Source: a virus. Taken from it: DNA of 44,465 nucleotides. Position numbers and translations under genes: made by a program. The notes beneath the pieces are model-generated. The model saw only the letters and a program-made list of their open reading frames with translations, had not been told where the DNA came from and ran no database searches. Location: the IMG/VR virus record IMGVR_UViG_3300011435_000008, positions 1 through 44,465 of that record. One strand, written 5' to 3'. Of this stretch, positions 8,500 to 17,914 are shown one piece after another (within the stretch, counting starts at the first letter, position 1; every line of letters begins with the position of its first letter).

Positions 8500-9443
8500 A
8501 CAAAATTTTTTGCGGGTCCGACGTCAAAAATACTGGCATTTGCGAGTGTTATTTTGACCCGCGTTTAATTATCGGGGCTATTTACGTCCCCAAAAACAAA
8601 GTATTTACCGAGGAGGAGTTAAGCGACGCCAACATAGCTGAAACTTTAGGCGACGCGGTTATGGCCCCAGAGGGCCAGCGAATTTACCCTTTTCAGCCTT
8701 TCGAGGCTATAACCGATAACACCGAGGACCCAACGCGCCAGACCTTTGGCTACGGCACGGTTAAAACGGTGCGGGAGGGTAAATATAACTGGGCGTTTCA
8801 GTTTATCCAGGGAGGGCTGAACCTTTCCAATGCGCTGCGCTCGTTTAACGGTTTAATCGGTAAATTTAACGTCATTTTTATAGAGAGTGCCAACACGCTA
8901 CTGGGGACCAGTAAACGAGACGAAAACGGGGCCTGGGGCCTGGCTGGCGTGCCAATGAGCGATATTTATACGCGCCCCTGGAGGCCCTCAGACGGCACCA
9001 ATGTAACCAATTACACCACGGAGTTTTCGTTTGACCCGGTTTATATTAACGAGGCCATAGCCTTTAAGCGTGTAGGCACTGACGCCTACATTTTACACCA
9101 GCTGGCGGGCCTGGAGGATATTAAACTAACCGTACTGGCCGTGGCAGGCAGCACTGCCAACGTAACGGCTGCCACCGACTGCGGCAGTACAGATATGTAC
9201 GACCTCTATAAAACCGAGTTAAGCGGCTTAACGGCCTGGAAAGCCTATACCGCTGCCGGGGCAGTTAAGACCATTAGTACGGTAACGGCCAACGACACGA
9301 CCAAAAGCTGGGCGCTGGCAGCTGGCACACCGTGGGCCGACGGCGACACCATAGAGTTAGCCGCGCCTGCCGTGCTGGCGGGTCCGCCTATAAACCTGGT
9401 GGGCTATGAGAGCGTAAAGGCTACCGTAGACCTGGGCAGCTAA
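8487..9443 (+). CDS. Candidate major tail (tube) protein.
   Basis: 318 aa, located just upstream of the two chaperone-position genes and the tape measure; followed by a hairpin/T-run. Confidence 0.5.
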   Translation: MEGLNKIFCGSDVKNTGICECYFDPRLIIGAIYVPKNKVFTEEELSDANIAETLGDAVMAPEGQRIYPFQPFEAITDNTEDPTRQTFGYGTVKTVREGKYNWAFQFIQGGLNLSNALRSFNGLIGKFNVIFIESANTLLGTSKRDENGAWGLAGVPMSDIYTRPWRPSDGTNVTNYTTEFSFDPVYINEAIAFKRVGTDAYILHQLAGLEDIKLTVLAVAGSTANVTAATDCGSTDMYDLYKTELSGLTAWKAYTAAGAVKTISTVTANDTTKSWALAAGTPWADGDTIELAAPAVLAGPPINLVGYESVKATVDLGS

Positions 9444-9464
9444 ATTTTTTCGTCAGGGTTTTGC

Positions 9465-9494
9465 GGGGCGGCCTCAGTAGGGCGGCCCCTTTTT
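9465..9494 (+). terminator. Probable intrinsic terminator or attenuator.
   Basis: GGGGC(g)GCC...GGC(g)GCCCC stem with a 1x1 mismatch, followed by TTTTT. Confidence 0.5.
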
Positions 9495-9501
9495 GCTTAT
9501 T

Positions 9502-9915
9502 ATGACTACGTGCCAGGATATGCTAGATAAATTGGAGCGTTTGGACCTTCCAAAGGCTATGGCCCAGGCCGTGGCCGACACCGACGACGACATAGCCGCC
9601 TTACAACGGGGCCAAATGTTTAAAGGCGTGCGCTCAGACGACAGCATAATGCCAAACTATGCGCCTATATCAGTTACGCAGTATGGTAAACCACCTGGGC
9701 CTATTAAACTTTTTGACACTGGGGCCTTTTACGCTGGTATTAAGGTAGACGTGCGCCAGGATATTTTTATAATAGATAGCAGCGACCCAAAGAGCACTAT
9801 GTTAAAGAGAAGGTACGGCGGTAATATATTTGGCCTGGGCACAGCTGCTACACAGGCCTACCTTTTAACCCTGGAGCCTGTTTTTATACAAACGGTAAAA
9901 AATGACCTGCTATAA
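9502..9915 (+). CDS. Tail assembly chaperone-position protein (hypothetical).
   Basis: The track starts at TTG 9493; the first ATG is at 9502 (MTTCQDMLDK...). Lies upstream of the tape measure. Confidence 0.55.
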   Translation: MTTCQDMLDKLERLDLPKAMAQAVADTDDDIAALQRGQMFKGVRSDDSIMPNYAPISVTQYGKPPGPIKLFDTGAFYAGIKVDVRQDIFIIDSSDPKSTMLKRRYGGNIFGLGTAATQAYLLTLEPVFIQTVKNDLL

Positions 9916-10498
9916 TACTAAAATGGTGCAGTTTATGGCCTGGCTCCTGGAGGAGGAGCCGCTGCCGGAGTGCTGGAACGACCTTTACAGCGAGTACATA
10001 AGCCTACGCGAGAATAAGGGCAGCCAGTATATTTTAAGCCTGGTAAAGGAAATAGTTTTTTTAAAAGCAAAGTACCAGATAGTAGAACAGTGCTGCACCA
10101 CCCTGCTAATATGTTTTAAAAACGTCCTGCTACCCTCGTACCAGGAACTTAAGGAGGTCCTGCGCTGGTATAATTTCCGCCAGGCGCTGCCGATGGATAA
10201 CGAGGCCCTTTTTACTCGCGACGTGCGGGCCATACTTTCCGCAAATAAAAAAATGATAACCACCTGGCAGCGTAAAGAACAGGAGTTAAAGGAGTACCAG
10301 GAAAAACACAGCGGCAAAAGCTGGGACAGAAAGGCCTTTTATGTTTGGGCCATTACCCTGGGAGAGCACCAGGGTTACCGGGTGGACCTGGACGTAACGA
10401 CGGTGGCCGAGTGGTGCCACTTACTAAACAATTACGAAAAGTACTGCGAGGTAGTGAACGCGCAGCAAAAATCTAAAAACTATGCCCAGCGCAAATAG
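9902..10498 (+). CDS. Tail assembly chaperone-position protein (hypothetical, 198 aa).
   Basis: ATG ORF overlapping the upstream gene by 14 nt and the tape-measure start by 17 nt. Confidence 0.55.
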   Translation: MTCYNTKMVQFMAWLLEEEPLPECWNDLYSEYISLRENKGSQYILSLVKEIVFLKAKYQIVEQCCTTLLICFKNVLLPSYQELKEVLRWYNFRQALPMDNEALFTRDVRAILSANKKMITTWQRKEQELKEYQEKHSGKSWDRKAFYVWAITLGEHQGYRVDLDVTTVAEWCHLLNNYEKYCEVVNAQQKSKNYAQRK

Positions 10499-13211
10499 GA
10501 TAGACAGTATTTACGACGTGGCGGCCATAGCTGCCGAACAGGCCAAAGTAGAGGCCCTGGTGCGCGATAGCGTGGAGCAAATAAAGGCGGCACGGTCGCA
10601 AAATATTTCCTTTAATGTAGACACTAAAACCATATCGGATTTAAATACTAAGGTGGCGGAGTTAGAGGCGGCGCTAAAGAAATTACAAGCCACCACGACA
10701 GCCGCCACCCAGGCCACCGTCGCACACTCGCAGGCCATAGTGCAGGAAAGTAAAACCCTGGAGGAGAATATAAAAACACGCCGCGAGTTACAGGGAGCCA
10801 TTACCCGCCAGACCAAAGCGCAAAAGGAAAACATAGAACTCTATAAAAAGGGAGCCATTACCTACACCGAGTTAAATAAACGGCTAACGGAGAGCCAGGT
10901 AAAAATTGAGCAATCAAAGGTTAAAATCCAGGAACTAAACCGGGTAATTAAGGAGGACATAGCACTAAGCGGCAAGGCTGGCGACGCCTATAAACAACTT
11001 TCCGCACAGTACAATAAGGCCGCCCTGGCAGCTAAAAACTACACTATCCAGCTGGGTGCAAACCACCCTAAGACCATACAGGCCGTTAGCGACGCCAAAG
11101 CATTAAGCGACCAATTAAAGGCCGTGGACGCCTCAGTGGGTCAGAACCAGCGAAACGTCGGTAACTACGGCAGTGCAATAGCTGGAGCCTTTAAAAGTAT
11201 CTGGGGCGGTATGCGTACAGCTGCCAACCTAATACCCGGTCTGGGCATAGGTGGAATAGTGGGCGGCATAGCCACCGCCATAGGTACGCTAGTTTCAGCG
11301 GTAGCCAATGCCTCGACGCCTTTTAATAAGCTGGCCAGAGATATGAAAATAGTTAGCGAAGTACAAAAGGAGGCCACCGCCAACTCAAAGGCTGAGATAG
11401 TTACCCTGGACGGTTTAATAGCCGTGGCCAGGGACGAAACGGAGAGCCGGGTAAACAGAAATAAGGCAGTAACGGCGCTGCAAAATATGTACCCCGACTA
11501 TCTAAAAAATATTAGCCTGGAGACCATTAACAGCCAGGCCGCCCAGCTGGCCATAGACGAGTTAAAAAACTCTATTTTACAGAAAGCGGTAGCCGAGGCC
11601 TACGCCGACAAAATAGCGGCGGCAAGTATTAAAAACGCCGAAATAAAACAAAAAATCCAGGACCGGGAAATAAAGGACTTAAATAACGCTATTGCCTTTA
11701 GAAACCAAATGACAGAGGCCCAGCGCAAAGGCGACCAGGCCACTATATCGGCACTTAATAAGTATGGACTGGCTAACGACCAGGCTAAAATTGATATGCA
11801 CGGTTTAAACGAGGAGTTAGAGCAATCCAACTCAGAACTGGAACTGCTACAAAAAAATTATACCGCTGCCGTTTCTGCTACTCTCAGCCTTAACAAAGCC
11901 ACAAAGGAAAAAACAGTAAGGGAAAAGAAAGAGCCAAAAGGCCGCGACCTGGAGGAGGCAAACAGAAAGGCCGTTTTTGATGCGCTAAAAGCCACCACCG
12001 AGGCCCAGGCGGCTGCGCAAAAGGCGGTCCTGGATAACGACCAGGCAAGCTACGGCGAGCGTATAGCCGCCTTTACAAAGTATATCCAGGAGCGTTTCGA
12101 CCTTATCAACATAGAGGCCTATTACGAGAAAGGGAAAAAAGGCGCTACCACTAAGGAAATACTGGCCATAGAGGAAAAGGCCGAGGCTGACCGCATAAAG
12201 TTACGCCTGGAAGCAAACAAGATAATAAACGACATAGAGATAAAAGCTATGGATGCGCGGCAAAAAGCCATAGACGACGCGCAAAAGGAAAAGGAAAAGG
12301 ACGACGCCAATATGCGGGCCATATCTGACGAGGTGCTGGACGGGCAGATAAAAAAGAACGAAACCAGGATAAAAACCGACGTAGAAAAGCAAAAAGAGGC
12401 GGATAAAAAACGGGAGGAATTAATTAAAAAGCGCCACGAGGTAGAAAAACAAATAGCCGAGGAGGCCCAGGCGTTTTTATTTGACATTTTCGAGAGCCGG
12501 ATAGAAAAGGAAAAGAACCTGGTACAGGAACAAATAGACGCGCTGGAGGTCCAAAAGCAAAAGGACATAGAGGTAGCAAACCAGACCATAACAAACGCCC
12601 AGGACAAAGCCAACGCCATAGCCGTTATAGAGGCACGCGCCCAGGCCAAACGGGAACAGCTGGAAATGCGCCAGCGGGAACTGGACCAGAAAAAGGCCAG
12701 GTACGAGAAAGCCAGGGCCGTGGCCGAAATAACGCAGGGTACGGCCATAGCCGTTATAGGTGCCCTGGGTGCAAAACCCTGGTCCCCTGCCAATATTGCC
12801 CTGGCCGTGGCGGTCGGTGCCCTGGGAGCCATACAAATAGCCCGCACCCTGGCCCAGCCTATACCAAAGTATGCGGAAGGTACAGCCAACCACCCAGGCG
12901 GCGCGGCCATAGTGGGAGACGCCGGACGCTCAGAGGGCATAGTGCTGCCCGACGGCACGGTATACCGCACGCCAGCCACCAGCACCCTGGTAGACCTACC
13001 ACGGGGCGCAAAAGTTTTCCCGGATTATAGCACCATGCCTACCTTTAACGTAAAGGCGGTGGACACCACCGACGAGTTAAAACGAGGCTTTAACCAGGTA
13101 GTGGGAGCCATTAAACGTATACCTCAGCCAATAATAAGAGCAGAAAGGGCCTGGACGGCAGCGCATAAAATAGGGTCAAGTTATAGAACGTATTTAAATA
13201 GGAGCATTTGA
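10482..13211 (+). CDS. Tape measure protein.
   Basis: 909 aa with long coiled-coil stretches and a Gly-rich hydrophobic segment (GLGIGGIVGGIATAIGTLVSAV). Canonical position. Confidence 0.85.
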   Translation: MPSANRIDSIYDVAAIAAEQAKVEALVRDSVEQIKAARSQNISFNVDTKTISDLNTKVAELEAALKKLQATTTAATQATVAHSQAIVQESKTLEENIKTRRELQGAITRQTKAQKENIELYKKGAITYTELNKRLTESQVKIEQSKVKIQELNRVIKEDIALSGKAGDAYKQLSAQYNKAALAAKNYTIQLGANHPKTIQAVSDAKALSDQLKAVDASVGQNQRNVGNYGSAIAGAFKSIWGGMRTAANLIPGLGIGGIVGGIATAIGTLVSAVANASTPFNKLARDMKIVSEVQKEATANSKAEIVTLDGLIAVARDETESRVNRNKAVTALQNMYPDYLKNISLETINSQAAQLAIDELKNSILQKAVAEAYADKIAAASIKNAEIKQKIQDREIKDLNNAIAFRNQMTEAQRKGDQATISALNKYGLANDQAKIDMHGLNEELEQSNSELELLQKNYTAAVSATLSLNKATKEKTVREKKEPKGRDLEEANRKAVFDALKATTEAQAAAQKAVLDNDQASYGERIAAFTKYIQERFDLINIEAYYEKGKKGATTKEILAIEEKAEADRIKLRLEANKIINDIEIKAMDARQKAIDDAQKEKEKDDANMRAISDEVLDGQIKKNETRIKTDVEKQKEADKKREELIKKRHEVEKQIAEEAQAFLFDIFESRIEKEKNLVQEQIDALEVQKQKDIEVANQTITNAQDKANAIAVIEARAQAKREQLEMRQRELDQKKARYEKARAVAEITQGTAIAVIGALGAKPWSPANIALAVAVGALGAIQIARTLAQPIPKYAEGTANHPGGAAIVGDAGRSEGIVLPDGTVYRTPATSTLVDLPRGAKVFPDYSTMPTFNVKAVDTTDELKRGFNQVVGAIKRIPQPIIRAERAWTAAHKIGSSYRTYLNRSI

Positions 13212-15484
13212 AAAAGTTTTTATATTTCCTGACAGAAAAGGACGGCAGGAGCCGCACGGTAATAAACGGGGTGGTAACCTCCACCAGCACGCCTACGCCG
13301 CTGGCCCAGGCTCCTGACGGTAACCAGGAAATAAGCATAGGCTGGGAGCGGTCCCCGGTTTACTACGGAAACATTCGTAACTTTTCCCTGCCCCTGGGTT
13401 TTTTAATGGACGGGCGGAAAATACTAGCTAATGACTGGTATAAATTCAATAACGACCGGGAACTATACCTACTAATAAAAAGGCTGACCTACGAATTTAC
13501 CCCAGTTACATTTAAGGAGTTTTATAAACAACTATACAAGGGTCAGCTGGATTTTTCCACCAGTGCAGACGACCAGGGCGGCTACCGTTTCAACATTGGC
13601 ATAATGGAGGGCGGCACCCAGCGCCTACTCAAAGCAAACGAGGGTACAAATTATGAGTTTCCCTTTGACACCGACGCCAAAAACGTGCGCATGGACGGCC
13701 TGCTACTGCACGGCGTCTACGAGTGGATAGTGGCGGCGTATGGCGGACCCGGCCAGGGCTACCCAGGTATGTTTCAGTCTACCACTGAGAACACCATACC
13801 AGGGCTGGCCGTTTTCAACGTAACGCAAACCACAAACCTACTGCCCGATAGCACGGACGAGACCTATTTTGCCAGGGCCACCCAGGATATACCAGGCGTA
13901 AAAATTACCGGGCTGCTACCAGGTTTTAATAACGCTGGCTCGGCTGGTCCTTTGTTTGTGGCCCTGTATGTGTTTAATACTGTATCTAACACGCTGCGCC
14001 TGGGCATAGAACTGACCCCGGCGGACCCTTACCCGGAAAACTATACCCTGGAAATAGACCAGACCATAGACGTACTGGCAGGCGACCGCCTTTTTTTGCA
14101 TACCCAGAGCGCATTTACTGGCGACGGTAATTTAAAAATGGTGGCCTTTTCTAAACCACTGGATAGCACCATATCGGGCTTTACGGTCTACGACCTGGGG
14201 CGTAAAATAGTGGAGCGCATGACAGGCAGCGCCGAAAATTTCCAGTCAGATACTTTGCAAACCTTAAACATAATACTTACCTCTGGCGACGGCGTGCGGG
14301 GTCTAGCCAACGCTGCAATAAAAACCAACTGGCGCGACTACTTTAAATTTGTGGACTCTCTTATAATGGCCGAAATGACCATAGAGGCGGGTATTATAAG
14401 GGTAGAGGGCAGGGTCAGGGCCTTTACGCCAACGCCTGCCGTGCCGCTCGGAGAAATTAGGGGCCTTAAAGTTACTGCCGCCCTGGACCTCCTGGCCACC
14501 CGCGTTAAGGTAGGCCATGCAGACCAGGAGGTGGACGACCTTAACGGAAAGTACGACTTTAACGGCAATATGATTTTTAACACGCCGCTAAAAGCCATAC
14601 CAGAGAAAGAGTACGACATAATGCACAGCTACAAGGCCAGCCCGTATGAGATAGAGCACACCAGGGCCAACTACCTGGGCAAAACTACCACGGACAAAAG
14701 CACGGATAACGACACTTTTGTACTGGCGGTCCTGCCAGACGCTGCCAGTGATAGCTTTAACACAGGTGCCGTTTTCCAGGCCGACGGTGCGCCCCTGGCA
14801 CCAGGCTACCCACTTATGGCCATAGAGGCCACCGTGCCGCAGCTGCGCCCAGGCCAGGTTATACAGGTAACTGGCAGCGCCTCCAACGACGGCCAGTACA
14901 GCATACGCACCGCCCAGGGCTGGATTTTCGGCCAGCTTATAACCTTTAACGAGCCAGTGGTGGACGAGGCCAGCGTGCCCGTAACCATTGAAATACTGGA
15001 GGGCCAGTACTATATCCTGGACCGCAGTATAGCTATTGACCAGCTGACGGCACCCGACGACGCACCAGACGAGGTAAAGGCCAGCGTTTTTAACGTGCCG
15101 CTGACGCCAAAACGTATGCTCCTGGCGCATGCGCCCTGGCTGGCTGGCATTTGCTACAACTACGCGCCAGGCGTTTTAAAATTCGGGTCCGCTAATAGAA
15201 ACAAAGAGTTAATAGCTGGCGGCATTGTGGAAAAGGCCGACGTGCCAGTGGCCGACCTGGGGCCGCCAATGTTTCTGCCGTTTTACTTCGAGTTTGACAC
15301 CACTACGCCAGTGGATATGACCGCCACGCTAGAGGCAAACCCAAACCCGGTTTTTAGCTTTACATGGAAAAACCACGGCTATACCGGATTTTTTTACCGG
15401 GGCGGCATAGCACTAAACGACCTGGAGGAGCAGACGTTTAAACTTTTAGCGTGCCCAGATAATAATTTACTTTTGCTAATCTAA
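13208..15484 (+). CDS. Large tail protein (distal tail / baseplate-hub position).
   Basis: 758 aa. TTG start overlaps the tape-measure stop. Call rests on gene order only. Confidence 0.6.
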   Translation: MKKFLYFLTEKDGRSRTVINGVVTSTSTPTPLAQAPDGNQEISIGWERSPVYYGNIRNFSLPLGFLMDGRKILANDWYKFNNDRELYLLIKRLTYEFTPVTFKEFYKQLYKGQLDFSTSADDQGGYRFNIGIMEGGTQRLLKANEGTNYEFPFDTDAKNVRMDGLLLHGVYEWIVAAYGGPGQGYPGMFQSTTENTIPGLAVFNVTQTTNLLPDSTDETYFARATQDIPGVKITGLLPGFNNAGSAGPLFVALYVFNTVSNTLRLGIELTPADPYPENYTLEIDQTIDVLAGDRLFLHTQSAFTGDGNLKMVAFSKPLDSTISGFTVYDLGRKIVERMTGSAENFQSDTLQTLNIILTSGDGVRGLANAAIKTNWRDYFKFVDSLIMAEMTIEAGIIRVEGRVRAFTPTPAVPLGEIRGLKVTAALDLLATRVKVGHADQEVDDLNGKYDFNGNMIFNTPLKAIPEKEYDIMHSYKASPYEIEHTRANYLGKTTTDKSTDNDTFVLAVLPDAASDSFNTGAVFQADGAPLAPGYPLMAIEATVPQLRPGQVIQVTGSASNDGQYSIRTAQGWIFGQLITFNEPVVDEASVPVTIEILEGQYYILDRSIAIDQLTAPDDAPDEVKASVFNVPLTPKRMLLAHAPWLAGICYNYAPGVLKFGSANRNKELIAGGIVEKADVPVADLGPPMFLPFYFEFDTTTPVDMTATLEANPNPVFSFTWKNHGYTGFFYRGGIALNDLEEQTFKLLACPDNNLLLLI

Positions 15485-15489
15485 ATAAC

Positions 15490-16449
15490 ATGCCTAACGT
15501 CTTATACGACCCGTTTTTAAACCCAGTAAAATTTCATAAACTGGATAACGTGCAGCTGGATAGCTACCTTTCCAGGTTTATGGACGACTGGGCTTTTCGT
15601 CGTACTATTCAGCCCTGGGAGCAAAAGGTTTGCTTTTACCAGCCCTGGCTACCCAGCGACAGCGTGCGGCTGCAATACACCAGTAACTTTGGCCCTATCA
15701 CGCTGCGTATGTACGACCAGGGCGGCTACCTGGTACATACGCAGGCCTTTGTTACCTTGCAGCAGGACGAACTGCGGCCCACTTATTATATTCGCCAGAT
15801 ACAGGTAAACCTAAACCCGTTTAGCCCAGGTAAGTACTTTTTTACCCGCGACACTGGCGGCAGCCTGACCTACTCAGAACCTTTTGAGATACTGGAGCCG
15901 CCACTGGACCGTAATAGCGTTTACCTGGAGGACGAAAACCCAACGCTTTACCTGGAGTATACGCACTATGAGAGTAAGGAGGGTATAAAATTCTTTGCGC
16001 CCTTTGCCCCGACTATGCGCGTGCCAGCTATACTACGCTACAAAAACCCGGCAGCTAAGGACAACGTATACGAGGACCAGCTGCTAAACCAGACCCTTAT
16101 AAATTCGGTGCCTTTTAGAGTTTGGGAGTTTGTGGTAGGCGGCGCGTACGGCGTGCCGCCTTATTTTATTGACCGGGTGGCCAGGATATTTGGCTGCTCA
16201 GACCTTTCCATAGACGGTAGGCTATACACCAAAAACGAGGGTGCCAACTTTGAGGCCGCAGGCCTGGAGGGCTACCCAATGGCTGGCTGGGCCATAGAAC
16301 TGCGCGAGAAACTCAACAGGGACAGCATTATTAACGAGGACGAAAATATTATAGAGGGCATAGCCGCCGCAGCCCTTTTGATAGATAACAAAGGTTTTGG
16401 CCTGGAGGGCGGGCCGACCACTTACCAGGAAATTAATTATTTGCAATAA
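15490..16449 (+). CDS. Tail/baseplate protein (hypothetical, 319 aa).
   Basis: ATG ORF in the tail module. Confidence 0.6.
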   Translation: MPNVLYDPFLNPVKFHKLDNVQLDSYLSRFMDDWAFRRTIQPWEQKVCFYQPWLPSDSVRLQYTSNFGPITLRMYDQGGYLVHTQAFVTLQQDELRPTYYIRQIQVNLNPFSPGKYFFTRDTGGSLTYSEPFEILEPPLDRNSVYLEDENPTLYLEYTHYESKEGIKFFAPFAPTMRVPAILRYKNPAAKDNVYEDQLLNQTLINSVPFRVWEFVVGGAYGVPPYFIDRVARIFGCSDLSIDGRLYTKNEGANFEAAGLEGYPMAGWAIELREKLNRDSIINEDENIIEGIAAAALLIDNKGFGLEGGPTTYQEINYLQ

Positions 16450-16459
16450 ACTGATTATC

Positions 16460-17914
16460 ATGGGTTTAGGATTCTTAAATATTTCGTCCAACTTTACTGG
16501 AGAGAGCCAGTTTATAGTCGTGGAGTGGGTCCGCTCCACCGCCCAGGGTACCCCAGTTATTGGCCACGTGGACGGCCAGGGGCTGGGCGCACAGGACGAC
16601 ACAAACCAGACCCAGATTTTTTATACTGCGCCGCACTCAAACCGGGCGCTGCAAGTTACGCAGCTGCCAGAGGTTTGGATGGTGGTAAGGTTTTGGCGGT
16701 CCTCGGACGGCGTGGCAAAGGACACGCTACTACTGGAACTAGCCGGAAACGCACGCACTGGGGCCTTGTACCCTTTAACCAGGTTTGAGTACGTGGTGGA
16801 CCGGGGCATGAGCGACGGGGACATTTGGGGCGACCCAGAGGACGGGGACCACGGGCTGCGCGACCAGCGCCTGGAGGGCGGGGAGTACTGGATAGAGGAG
16901 CGGGGCACGGGCACACTGCTAACCACCGAAATAGTGGACCGTTCGGACGTGGGCGGCGGGTTTGACTTTGCCGACCCGTTAAAAACCATGAACAGCGGCG
17001 CGGTTTACATAGCGTTTTTAATTACCCGCATGGACCTACCAGGGGAGGACAGCGGCAGCGCACCGCCGCCCGCTGAGGTAGTGGACGACATTTTTATACT
17101 GACCGTAAACCAGGACTATAACCCGGTTACTATGGGAGGTAAGACACTTATAGCCAACTACGCCGCGACCATAGGCACGTTATTTATACAGGACCTGGCC
17201 CTGGTGGCAGATAGTCGTTTTAAACTGCAAAGCCACTACGGGGCGCAGCGTAATGTAGTTATACAGTTCTCGGCTGGCAATACGATAAGGTTTTACGGCA
17301 CCGACGTAAACGCTATTGTCCTGGGAAACTACGAGGACATAGAGATATTATTTAAAACCGGGGTGGCCTACGTTATGCAGAGCCGCACGGCGCACGGCGA
17401 CCTTGCAAAACTGGTCTGGAGTTATAAGGACCAGGCCAACACGCTACCAGCCGACGGTGCGCTGCTATCAGAAGCTAGTTACCCCAGGGTGGTGCAGATA
17501 CTTGACAGCCTGCCAGCGTCCAGCGTGGTGGGGTCGGTGGCCTGGTCCACGTCGAGCGTGGCAGCCGACGGGCAGACCGTTTTTGCAAATAAGGGTAAAT
17601 GGATGCGAGAGGGCGGGAACTTTAGACCGCCAGACCTACGCACCAGGGTTATAAAAGCCTTATCTGCCCTGGACGGGTCGGTGGCAGCTGGGCGCTACGA
17701 GCACCAGGAAACTATGAGCCATGACCACTGGATGGCAAACGCCACCGACAACGGCGGCACGCCGTACCTGAGCACAAACCACAGCACGGGAGGAAATACT
17801 GGTTATGCCCTTAACGGGTCCAGCGTCCTGCCAGCGCAGTTTAAGACTGGACCCAGTGGTGGGTCAGCCAACATAGTTAATAATATCGGCTTATTACCAT
17901 TAATAAGTATATGA
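16460..17914 (+). CDS. Tail fibre protein with a phage tail-collar-like C-terminal region.
   Basis: The track starts at 16397, overlapping the previous gene; the ATG at 16460 (MGLGFLNISS...) follows the upstream stop. ...LPADGALLSEASYPRVVQIL...FRPPDLRTRVIKA...HQETMSHDHWM resembles the tail-collar signature (GWxxCDG...Y..L...FxLPDLRGRF). Confidence 0.6.
   Translation: MGLGFLNISSNFTGESQFIVVEWVRSTAQGTPVIGHVDGQGLGAQDDTNQTQIFYTAPHSNRALQVTQLPEVWMVVRFWRSSDGVAKDTLLLELAGNARTGALYPLTRFEYVVDRGMSDGDIWGDPEDGDHGLRDQRLEGGEYWIEERGTGTLLTTEIVDRSDVGGGFDFADPLKTMNSGAVYIAFLITRMDLPGEDSGSAPPPAEVVDDIFILTVNQDYNPVTMGGKTLIANYAATIGTLFIQDLALVADSRFKLQSHYGAQRNVVIQFSAGNTIRFYGTDVNAIVLGNYEDIEILFKTGVAYVMQSRTAHGDLAKLVWSYKDQANTLPADGALLSEASYPRVVQILDSLPASSVVGSVAWSTSSVAADGQTVFANKGKWMREGGNFRPPDLRTRVIKALSALDGSVAAGRYEHQETMSHDHWMANATDNGGTPYLSTNHSTGGNTGYALNGSSVLPAQFKTGPSGGSANIVNNIGLLPLISI

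Noticed and set aside
9897-9903. Slippery heptamer A AAA AAT at the end of the first tail chaperone-position gene, as a G/GT-type -1 frameshift site.
   Set aside because: A -1 slip reads AAA AAA TGA and terminates immediately. The downstream ORF is in the +1 frame and has its own ATG at 9902, so this is simple gene overlap.
12122-12985. Long antisense ORFs inside the tape measure and other large genes (e.g. 12122..12985 minus strand, 287 aa; 14588..15130; 18093..18704; 28812..29333).
   Set aside because: They lie fully within strong plus-strand genes that have recognisable motifs or position. They are Ser/Ala/Phe- or Pro/Arg-rich with low complexity and lack promoter context. Typical compositional shadows.
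16525-16989. Overlapping Pro/Arg/Gly-rich ORFs on both strands within the tail-fibre gene (16525..16788, 16621..16989, 16656..16916).
   Set aside because: A locally GC-rich stretch keeps alternative frames open. The sequences are low-complexity and nested in the 16460..17914 gene.
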